Shown here piece by piece: positions 1 to 10,700 of a stretch of DNA of 20,399 nucleotides. Each line of letters opens with the position of its first letter. The stretch's first letter is position 1. Position numbers and translations under genes: made by a program. The stretch is from Sarea resinae (Eukaryota): assembly GCA_026026165.1 (NCBI GenBank), contig JAPEUD010000046.1:186001-206399 (forward strand). The letters are read 5' to 3'. The notes under the pieces are model-generated. The model saw nothing but the letters and a program-made list of their open reading frames with translations. It made no database searches and was not told the origin of the DNA.

Positions 1-105
1 TCCACATCCACATCCACACTTATGCCACCCCATCTTATCCCATTGCATCCTATTCCGTGCGACCTTCTTCCTTCCAGCATCATCACAGACAGCCCTAGGC
101 TCCGA

Positions 106-123
106 ACACACGCACACAGACAC

Positions 124-154
<31 letters not shown>

Positions 155-163
155 TACATACAC
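106..163. repeat. Compound CA / (CACATA)n microsatellite
   Basis: Six CACATA units at 121-156, flanked by CA-rich degenerate units. Confidence 0.9.
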
Positions 164-681
164 GCCGCCCAGCGTCGCCCGCCCGCTGGCTCCTTTGATT
201 CTCTGAGGAGCGCTAGAGCGGGTGTATGAATAGTTTGCTATGCTATGCTTGATTTATTTTATCTTATCTTATCTTGATTGCTGTTATTGCTGTTGTTGTT
301 CTTATCCTTGTTGTGATGCAGCTACCTAGTTAGTGCTTTTGATTCCCAAGTGTTGTTGAGTTTGATTCATATCGAGGAGTAAATTGACGATTTGAATTGC
401 GTGCTTGCTTGACCCTGGCTGTGATATATATTCTTTTCACGATTTGCTCTTCTCTTCGCTCTTATTGATGACTTATTAATTGAATGCTTGATTTATTCAG
501 ATAAGAAGATGAGGATTCATGTCTATTGGTTTATGTACAGGGTATCGTATCATACATCACACTTGATAGAAAGGGGAAGAAACAAAGGAGACCAGCGAGT
601 CCTCCGTTTCAAGCCAGCGTTGGCCCATATATACAGTGACCGCTGGAAGCGCTGCTGGCCGGATTACTTCAAAACAAGACT

Positions 682-707
682 ACACACACACACACACACA
701 CACACAC
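682..707. repeat. (AC)13 microsatellite
   Basis: Perfect AC run about 150 bp downstream of the GT90 stop codon. Confidence 0.95.
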
Positions 708-860
708 CCAAAAGCATCGTTTCAAGGGAAACTCACCAGGACTGCTTTTCAGGCCCCAAGTTTGTTCGTTTCCTTCTTCCGTCCTTCCGACCAAGCCACA
801 CTAACACCCCGAACAGCCTCAGGCCCGACAATACACACTCCTGGCCACAGCGCATTATTA

Positions 861-2365
861 TCAATAAGGATCCCACTCCAGTCGGCCCTCTAACGCATAA
901 CTCTCAAACGGCACTCCTCGCCACTTCTTCGTGCCATCCGGGGCCACGTCGTAGAAACGGGGCTCGAAACTGACGTTGGCCCATCCCTGGATCAGTCGCC
1001 GCCAGTAGCAGACCTCGGCCGCCGGCGTCAAGTAGCGCTCGCGAAACGTGCGCACGTTGTTCTCGGCGATCTTCTCGGCTTTCTTGTCGTCCTTGAGCAG
1101 CGCCTGGATGCTGGCTTCTAAGTCCTCAAAGTCCCGTCGCACCTTGACGTAGTTCTGTCCCGGGCCCGACGACGCCATCAGAGGCGACTGATGTTGCAGC
1201 CAATCCATGTCGTGGGCCACGATGACGGAGCGGCAATTCTGCAGGTATTTCAGCCGGCCCGAGTAGCTGTTGCCTTCGGTGTGCATGAGGTATTTGTATT
1301 GGCAATGCTCCGACATGGATTTCAGGTCCGTTGACATCGAGGACTTGTCGTGCCAGTCGAGCGCCTTGACATCGGCCCATGGTTTGCTGGCTGCCACGCG
1401 CACGAGCGCTTCGCGGAGGGGCAGCGACATCGTGGCACCGCGCCAGAGGAGCCGTGGAACTTTCTTACCCCAGGACCACGATGATGGCACGGAGGGATTG
1501 GGGGCTAGGGCATCGCTGGATTTATGATCGCCTCCATTCTGTCCTTCGTCACTGCCCTGCTCCATCTCGATAGCCTTTCGCTGCACCTCGCCATATGCGC
1601 CGACCTTCGTCTCCGGCCAGCTCCAGTACCCGAAATCAGGCATGAGCCAGGTCTGCCGATCTTCCGTCTTCCGCGCAAATGCCCATTGCGATTGTGGAGG
1701 CAGCCAGTCGTCGACGCTGAAGGTGAATTCGATGTTGGGGAGGGGCGTCGGCGAGGTGATGAGGGCGCGGTGCAGCGCGTGCAGGACCGCCATGCCGCGC
1801 GAGTAGATCTTGCCTTGTGTGCTGATTATGTAGAGCTGTTTTCGCCACGGGGCGCTGGCATTAGCTTGGCTGGCATTGGCTGTCATGGTAGCACCGATTG
1901 GAAACCAATTTGCATCGGAGAGCAATGCGTGCAGAGAGAGGTAGGATTTGAATGCAGTGGCCAAAAACTAACCTCTTGATCGAAGACCATGGCGCGCACA
2001 TATCCATTCCGTTTGGGAATCGCGTCTACCTCCTCAACTGTGATGTTCTTTCCCATGCGATCCTTGACGGCCCTCTCGACCTCCTCGAATAAGCCCGGGA
2101 AGGCGGCATCACATTCGGCCGGACTCAAGAGTAGATCCCTGGCATCGCGGCGATAGTCCCAGACCCCATCGAATCGTTGTCGAGGCTGGAATGGCTTGGG
2201 ATTCCTGAATTGCGGCGCAGCAGCAGCAGGGGCGCCGGGGTTGGAGCTGGACTGCAGACGATACGTCAGAGCCACTAGCACGAAAGCGAGGACCAGGATG
2301 CCCGTGATGAGTTGCGGCCGGAGCCTTCGTTGAAGGTGAAGGTCTTTGATCAAGGGGATTTGCAT
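861..2365 (-). CDS. Glycosyltransferase family 90 / CAP10-domain protein, 455 aa, 2 exons (2365-1973, 1835-861)
   Basis: N-terminal membrane anchor LITGILVLAFVLVALTY. GT90-type motifs NIEFTFSVDD, WLMPDFGYWSW, KLLWRG-like RLLWRGA and EHCQYKYLMHTEGNSYSGRLKYL. Phase-0 intron 1972-1836 (GTTAGT...GCTAAT...CAG) joins VFDQE to LYIIST in frame. Confidence 0.9.
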
Positions 2366-2674
2366 TTCATTTGATGGACTGATAGATGGTGTACGAGTAT
2401 GGGAATGGGATTGAACAATGATGTCGTTGAGGCTCTAGGGCTAGACTATGGGGCTAGGAATCTTGGCCAAGGTAGGCAGGCGGTGCGTTTGGCTTGGCGT
2501 GGGACGGCGCCTTTAGCGGGGCGGGAATGTGTGGCGCGTGAACATGAGGTTCGCGCAACGAGCATGAGATGGCAGTAACCCCAGTCATACAACCACAAGC
2601 ACGGTGGCAATCGACAGAGACGACGATGCGCAATCAATAGACTAGGCCCAGCGAGGTACTGGATATCCGGCGAT

Positions 2675-4271
2675 TCAGTAGCTACAATGACCGCAATACC
2701 CACAGCCTTCAGCTGAGCAAGCCGTGAAATCTGGCTCGGACGTGTCGGAGCCATTATCCCAGTCACGCAGCTTTTCTTCCGCTGATAGCCATCCATCGTC
2801 CGATCCGGCTTCCTGCTCCCTTTCCTTCTCATGGGATACATCATGTCCAGCGACCTTACCTAAACCACCTTCAAACTGTCTTGGCTTCTCGCCCTCTACC
2901 CAGTGCGCCTTGATATGAGGCAGAAGCGTGGCGTATCTGTCTGCCTGCTCCCGTATTTCGAGCACATCATGATCGACGCAGCGAACCTCGAGTCTCTCGC
3001 TGTCGCTACTCTTCGCAAAGCCGATAATCTTTCGGATGAGCGCTGTGAGTAGGCGAAGATTATGTTGATTTAACAGCTCCCAAGCGTCAATCTCCTTGCG
3101 GACATTGCGTATGCGAATGTCTTCGAAAGAGCCGGATTTGTGGTAGGCAACGATGAAATTGGGTATTTGTCTGACCCAAAGACGAGCAATCTGGTCAGAG
3201 AGCAAATCGTGATCCTTTCTCCAGGCGGAACGGGTCTTGAGCTCGAAAACCGCCTCCTGTGGGATTCGTCGCCCGCCCGTTTTGATCGTTAGCTCCTTTG
3301 CAGGCAAGGAAGGCTTCATGTCCAACGATGTAACAGCAAGCAGCGTATCGAAAGATGCGGGAATTGGTTCGTCGATGTTCGCTGTCGTCTGTGATAAGCT
3401 TGGCTGTTCTGGCTCGCCGGGCTCGGGGTCAGAGACAAGATCTTTCTGGTACCCATCGCTTTCGAACCGCACAAGAAAGCTCAGTCCGCCGAATTTGTAC
3501 CTTATAATGCGCTGGTGGAATTCCGATCCTTTGACGTCGGCGTCCCAAGTCGTATAAGCCTCGGGGAAACTATGTCCGTATCCTCGAACGTCCGGAATGG
3601 TCTCTGTTGGGGAATTTTCTCTCCGAACGAAGAAAACGGTATTCCCAACCATTTCGACGAGGAAACGAAAGGGCTTTGTATCCCTCTGGATGAAACGAAG
3701 TAGATTGCCGATGGTACTACCACACCCGAAGACGTCAATTGATGTCGTTGGGAAGCCTTCGTGTTCAGCGAGAAGGGCTCGAACAGCTGGCTCGATCGGA
3801 TAGCTGGGATAGCGAGCGGCATTTGGATCACGAAAGTAGGTTCCACTGTCTTCTTTGAGCGGGACGGCGGCGTGTAGTGGCGTCCAAGTTGGTGGTTTGC
3901 CTGCAGCGGCAATTAGCTGTGCCTTTGCTGGAGGAGAAAAAGGTGAACTTACCGGGAACGAGGATGGTAGGTTCCTTCTCGTTCAACCAGCTGTAGGAGG
4001 CGATGCACTCGCAGTCGGTGATCTTCGCCGGGCGCTCTCCTGGGCCATCCGAAGCTGCGAGGTCCTTGGTGCTCCATGTAGTTAAGACCGGGCCAAGCGG
4101 CGGTGATGGAGGGCGTTGAGGCGGCTCACTCCTCCCACGCCACGGCTGGCCCGGACGAGAAGTCGGCAGGGCATTGCCTCGACCCTTGCCCCGGCCAGAG
4201 TCATTGCTTCTGTATCCATTGCTTTGATGGCCCCTCGTACGCCACGGGTGTCCTGTCCCATAGGCAGACAT
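2675..4271 (-). CDS. Conserved fungal hypothetical protein, 514 aa, 2 exons (4271-3953, 3900-2675); putative Rai1/DXO-like PD-(D/E)XK nuclease fold
   Basis: Phase-1 52-nt intron 3952-3901 (GTAAGT...GCTAAT...CAG) gives ILVPG-KPPTWTP, then an open frame to TGA at 2677-2675. Motifs: ASYSW, DVFGCGSTIGNLL, FLVRFESDG, VFELKTR, RLWVRQIPNFIVAYHKSG. RG-rich N-terminus and a C-terminal CSAEGCGYCGHC. The gene model is well supported; the nuclease call is inference. Confidence 0.8.
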
Positions 4272-4764
4272 GGTAAAGAGATACTACGCAGTTCAACCGC
4301 GATGATCTCCGTCGTGGATGATTGATGTTGAATAGAACGGAACAGCAGAGAAGAGGGGAGATTTGCTCTCGTGCTGGTTTGCAGCCTGTTGCAGCCTGTT
4401 GCAGCCTGTTGCAGCCTGTTGCAGCATTGATACGGCACTGATAAGGCACAGCTGGAACGCATTTGTGTAGCACAGCCATTGGCACAGCCGTCTGTCTTCT
4501 GCCTTCGGCCTTCTGCCTGGTGTCGTGATGTTCTCGAGTGAATGGGTTGCTAACACTTTCCCTCCGCAATTACTTGAACCATCCTACATCCTACTTCACT
4601 GCTCCACCTCAGCCGTCTTTCGTCGTCATTGACCTCAACGTACCTCTTCTGAGGTCGTGTTTACCTTCCAATTGTCTACCTTTACTGAATCCCTTACCCC
4701 TCCACCCCTCCGTGACATCTAAGCGACGATCGGTACTACAAGGCAACAGCTACAGCTGCACCTC
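4272..4764. promoter_or_regulatory. Probable bidirectional promoter region (493 bp)
   Basis: Lies between divergent ATGs at 4271 (-) and 4765 (+). Pyrimidine-rich tracts precede each start on its own strand (about 4340-4365 on -, about 4580-4710 on +). Confidence 0.55.
4379..4425. repeat. 10-bp tandem repeat (GCAGCCTGTT), about 4.5 copies, in the divergent intergenic region
   Basis: Four perfect units at 4381-4420 plus partial flanking units. Confidence 0.9.
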
Positions 4765-7700
4765 ATGGCATCCTCTGCTTTAGATCAGCAATCGTCTCGG
4801 TCGGCAAGGTATTCCAAGTTCTTTGGCCAGATCCTCCACGGTAATCGGATCCTCAAAAATGCGGCAGACGCGAAGCTGTTCCTGGAAGCCATCTGCGACC
4901 AAGGCGACCCTGCAAACTGCGTCGAAAGAATCGTGGCGAGCTCTCCAGCTCTGGAGTCGCTGAGACTTGGCCTGAGGTTCGATACTTCCACTTCCTTTAT
5001 CAATGGAACAGTCGCACCATTTCTCAAATACCTGTCGAATCCGGCGGTGAAACAAATATGCAGTGGCCAGTTTCTCCAGCAGATCTTACGGATCGTCGTG
5101 GATCCTCCAACATTATGGGACGCCCTGCTCCAGTCATTCAAAGACCGAGTATTGACTCCAGACTCGGTTTATCCGTTTGCCTGGCTACTATCGGAACTCT
5201 TAGCCAGACCGGTGATCGACGTCTACGAGGATGCAAAATCGGTGACGACGGAACGCTCTCTTCTTGACAATCCATCCCACGAGGTGCGAGCATTTGGCAA
5301 TAAGATCCAGCATCTGTTGCTCATGCGCATTTCTGACACACCGGTGGAGGCGGACAATGGAGCCGGAGGACGTCATGATAACGACTTTGCGAATCATCGC
5401 GAGATTGCCGTCTTTCCTACTGCAGACGAGTTGACTTCTGCCGAAGAACCGTTCTATCGACGGGCAGAGGTATTGGGAGAAACGAAAGAGGAACATCGGG
5501 CCATCGTGCATTTAGACAACCAATTTCGTCTTCTCCGAGAGGAAATGTTGGGTGAATTTCGGAATGACCTCAAAATCGCCACGGGCAAGCAGAAAGGAAG
5601 ACGATCAAATCCGACGCTTCATAGACTGAGTCTACATGGCATTGATTGTGGAATTGAAAAGAAACGGAAACCCTGTACTTTGACTCTTCGCTGCGAAGCC
5701 GGACTCCCTCAGCTGTCCCGTCTCTCTCAATCTAAACGAAAGGCCTTTCTCGTCGACAATCGATCATTCTTGAGGCATCAATGTCTTGGTTGTTTGATGA
5801 ATGGAACTGAGATCATTGCCTGTGCTACTGTCGACAGGGACGAAGCGTTACTCATCGATAGCCCTCCAATCGTCTCGTTGCAATTCGCCGAAGAGGCTGC
5901 ATTTGAGAAAGCACTTCTCGCGATCAAGCTATGTGGAATGCTCGACTTTGTGATGGTTGATACAGCTATCTTTGCCTATGAACCAGTGCTCAAACGTCTC
6001 CAAGACATGACGGATCTACCTTTGGCCGAAGAACTATTGTCCTCAAACCATACACTCAAAATGCGAGACATGACCCCGCTTTTGGCTAATACAGTCCGAA
6101 GTATAAGAATGATGGGGAATGACGATTTTCAAGATCTTCTGGGTACTCCTATGCCTGTACAGCTTGACGAGTCACAAGCAGAGTCTCTACTAGCTGGATT
6201 GACCCAGACATTGAGCCTGATTCAGGGTCCTCCAGGTATGTTATACTTTTCTCGACTCTTCCATTAGCCTAACTTTATAGGTACTGGCAAGTCATTTATA
6301 GGCGCATTGCTTGCGAAAACCCTATTTGATTTCACTCACGAGACGATCTTGGTCATATGCTACACAAATCATGCACTTGATCAATTCCTCGAAGATCTCC
6401 TGGACATTGGAATCCCACCCGATGAAATGCTACGGCTCGGCGCAAAGTCTTCTGACCGAACAAAGTGTTTGAATATATCCGAGCAATCAGTTAGCTCCAA
6501 GCGCTCCAAGGCATCGTGGATGACTATTGACAGAATGAAAATTGAAACCAATGAGCTCGAGCACCACCTACTTCAAAGTTTCACGTCTTTTTCAAGATCT
6601 CGGGTCACAATCAACGAAATACTCGAGTACTTGGAATTCTCCGACCAGGATGCACATTTTTATGATGCCCTGAGTACGCCCGTGCAAGGAGATGGTATGA
6701 CTAGAGTCGGAAGGAAGGGTAGAGCCATTGGTCCTAATTACGTCTTTGAACGGTGGTCAAAAGGCGAAAATGCTGGTGTGTTTGCGAGCGAAAAATCACG
6801 AGAGCATGCTACGGTCTGGAAGATGGAAGCCTCTTCCCGACGAGCTTGTATAGACCGCTGGAGTCTTGCTTTGCTAAAAGAGCACATCAGCGGGATTCGC
6901 GGGCTGGTCAAACATTACAATTCGAGCCAGCGTCAATTGAAAGAAGTTTTTGAAGAACAGAACGCAGATATCATCAAACGTCGGCGCATCATCGGGTGTA
7001 CCACGACCGCCGCGGCGAAGTACACACGAGCACTTCAGGGGGCATCTCCAGGCGTGGTTCTTGTCGAGGAAGCGGGCGAAATCCTCGAGAGCCATGTCCT
7101 CACTGCCATGACGCCAGAGACGAAACAGTTGATTCTCATCGGAGATCATAAGCAACTTCGGCCAAAGGTGAACAACTACGCTCTCACAGTCGAAAAGGGG
7201 GATGGGTACAACCTCAACCAGTCCCTCTTTGAGCGGCTTGTTTTGTCAGGATTTCCTCACACAACGCTCAGTAAACAGCATCGCATGTGCCCCGAGATTT
7301 CTTCCCTTATTCGGCACTTGACCTACCCCGATTTACAGGATGCGCCCAAAACTTTGGGTCGTCCTCGTCTTCGAGGTCTCCAAGATCGAGTCATTTTCTT
7401 CGACCATGATCATCCGGAAGTTCAGGCAGAAGAAATATCTGACCGGCGAGATGAAGGCTCTAAAGTCAGCAGACAGAATCTTTTTGAAGTCGAAATGGTG
7501 CTTAAAGTCGTGCGTTATTTGGCACAGCAGGGCTATGGGACGGACAAACAGGTTATTCTTACCCCGTATCTTGGCCAACTACATCTTCTTCGTCTCCACC
7601 TCAGTAAGGACAACGATCCGATCTTGAACGACCTTGATTCATTTGATTTGGTGCGAGCCGGTCTGCTGTCTTCAGCAAGTGCCACGCAATCAAAGCGTCC

Positions 7701-10700
7701 TATCAGAATCTCTACAATTGGTAAATTACTAGGCTCTTTCCAGCAACACATGTGGCCACAACATTATGGACCGTTATGGCTAACTCTTGGTAGATAACTA
7801 TCAAGGAGAAGAGAGCGATATTGTCATTGCCACACTTACTCGTAGTAACGCGGTGTCCGACATTGGATTCATGGCCGCTCCACAGAGACTCAACGTTCTA
7901 CTATCAAGAGCTCGAGATGCCTTGATCATGATCGGAAACGCAAATACTTTCAGGACGAGCCGGAAAGGCAAAGAGTCGTGGGTCCCGTTCTTGGACTACC
8001 TCGGCAAGCACGACCACCTATACAGTGGAATACCAGTGCAATGTGAACGTCACCCGACAAAGAAGGCACTCCTTCAATGTCAACAGGATTTTGAGACAGT
8101 GTGTCCTGATGGTGGATGTTCTGCGCCTTGGTAAGTTGGATATACCGTATTAGTAGACGGACCACTGATGATGTTGAAAGTGGAAAAATCCTTGGCTGCG
8201 GTGTTCACGAGTGTCCTCAACGATGTCACCAATTGTCTGATCATTCGAAAGTCCCTTGCCAAAAGATACTGGACTCGGCCTGCCCACGGAATCACAAAAT
8301 TACCTGGTTTTGCCATCAGCAGCGTCCTGCCAGCTGCAAGGAATGCGACGATGAAAATCGCAAGCTGGAAAAGAAACGGCAGAGGGATCATGAACTCGAA
8401 GCCAAACGCCGAGCGAAGCAAGACGGGTATGCTCGACAATTGGCTGAATTACAGGACGAGATTGCCCACGAAAGATTCTTACGCAAGGATCAATTAGAGA
8501 GCAATGAGATGGAGAACAACCTGGCACAACACCGAGCTGATCTATCGAGACTAAAATCAGCCGAAAATCAACGCCCGCCAACTATGCCCGAGTCAATCAT
8601 GAATCAGCAGACTGGAGATGGCACGGAAAGCACGCGTTCAGATCACTCTAGAACGAGCCAATCTGAACCAGAACTCGATACTTCTCTCAATCACGCGAGC
8701 AAGCCTCTGAGCGTTCTGGACTCTGGCGCAAAAGACGAGTGGGAATATCAGAAAAAGTATCAGGGGGCAGACAATGATACTCTTGACACTCTTATGAGCA
8801 TGATTGGGCTAGAGGCCGTGAAGGATCAGTTTCTCTCGGTCAAAGCAAAGATTGATGTTGCTGTCCGCCAGAATGTCGACATGAAGCACGAGCGGTTTAG
8901 TGCTGCTTTGCTTGGCAATCCTGGAACGGGTGAGCTCTGACCAATTCCTGCGTTTATATTGGCTTATGATTCTAGGTAAAACCACCGTGGCTCGTCTTTA
9001 CGCCCAATTCCTAACATCCGTTGGCGCTCTACCCGGTAACTTCATTGTCGAGACAACTGGGTCGAGGCTTGCAAACGAAGGGGTATCCGGGTGCAAGAAG
9101 CACATCGAAGAGATCTTGAACAAGGGTGGCGGTGCATTATTCATTGATGAGGCGTATCAACTGGCTTCAGGCCAAGGCTATGGCGGAACCCAAGTTCTCG
9201 ACTTTCTTCTCGCCGAGGTGGAAATCCTCACCGGCAAAGTGGTCTTCATCTTAGCGGGCTACAACAAGCAGATGGAAGCATTCTTCGCCCACAATCCGGG
9301 GCTGCCGAGCCGATTCCCGCGCGAACTACAGTTCAAGGATTATGAAGATACCGAGCTTCTCCAGATCTTAGCATACCAGATTGACAAGAGATACAAGGGG
9401 CATATGAAGATCGAAGACGGCGTCGGTGGCCTCTACACCCGCATCGTCGCACGTCGGATTGGCCGGGGTCGAGGCCGCGAAGGATTTGGCAACGCTCGCG
9501 CCGTGGAGAATGTATTTGCCCGTATCTTAGAGCGACAAGCCAAGCGCCTCCGACAAATCAGAAGAGCTGGTGAGAGCTCAGATGATCTTCTGCTCACCAA
9601 AGAAGATCTACTCGGTCCGGAGCCTTCACTTGCTCTTAAGAATAACGCTTCCTGGTCGAAACTTATGCAGCTGACTGGGCTTGATACTGTCAAACAGTCA
9701 GTCCAGGCGCTATTGGATAGCATCCAATACAACTACCGCCGGGAGTTGGAGGAGAAACCGCTTGTTGAGTATTCTTTGAACAAAGTCTTTCTTGGTTCAC
9801 CTGGAACCGGCAAGACATCTGTGGCGAAGCTCTATGGCCAAATTCTCGCCGATATTGGCCTCTTATCTGCCGGCGAAGGTTTGTGTTTGAAGCTCACGCT
9901 TTCCGAGTACTGGATGCTAACGAGACCAGTGGTTGTCAAAAATCCATCCGATTTTGTCGGCGGAGTTCTCGGCGAATCGGAGAAAAACACAAAAGGCATC
10001 CTAGCATCTACTGCCGGCAAGGTGCTTGTTATCGATGAAGCATACGGACTCTATGGAAGCTCACAAACAGACCCATATAAAACAGCAGTCATCGATACAA
10101 TCGTGGCCGAGGTTCAGAGCACTCCCGGAGAAGACCGCTGTGTTCTTCTACTTGGATACAAGGATCAGATGGAAGAGATGTTCCAGAACGTCAATCCCGG
10201 ACTGACGCAAAGATTTGCCCTTGACTCGGCCTTTGTCTTTGAGGACTTTACCGATGCTGAATTACGAGAGATTCTCGACCTGAAGCTAGGTCAGCAAGGA
10301 TTCCAAGCGACCGACCAAGGCAAAAAGGTGGCTTTGGAAGTCTTACAGCGGGCACGAAACCGTCCACATTTTGGCAATGCCGGTGAAGTGGATATCCTTC
10401 TCGACGGCGCAAAATCCCGCCATCAGCAGCGCCTCTCTTCTGGAAGATTGGTTAGGGCAGGCATTCTCGAGCCACAAGACTTTGACCAAGACTTTGATCG
10501 TGCTAAACGTGCCGAGACCAACGTGCAGGCCTTATTTCAAGGTGTCGTGGGTTGCGAGGATATTGTGGCGCAACTAGAAGGGTATCAGCGGACCGCAGCC
10601 AACATGAAGGCGCGAGATATGGATCCTCGAGAGCAGATTCCCTTTAACTTTTTGTTCCGTGGTCCTCCTGGTCAGTATTATTGTCTTTTCGTAATATCTA

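Noticed and set aside
488..973. 161-aa and 85-aa + strand ORFs
   Set aside because: They run through an (AC)n microsatellite, overlap the 3' end of the GT90 gene in antisense, and show no recognisable motifs.
861..1964. ORF-track N-terminus MATAFKSYL... of the GT90 protein
   Set aside because: Positions 1964-1836 lie inside the predicted intron; the real start is the ATG at 2365.
4082..4569. Three overlapping minus-strand ORFs with repeated QQAATGCNRL
   Set aside because: These are translations of the 10-bp tandem repeat in the intergenic region.
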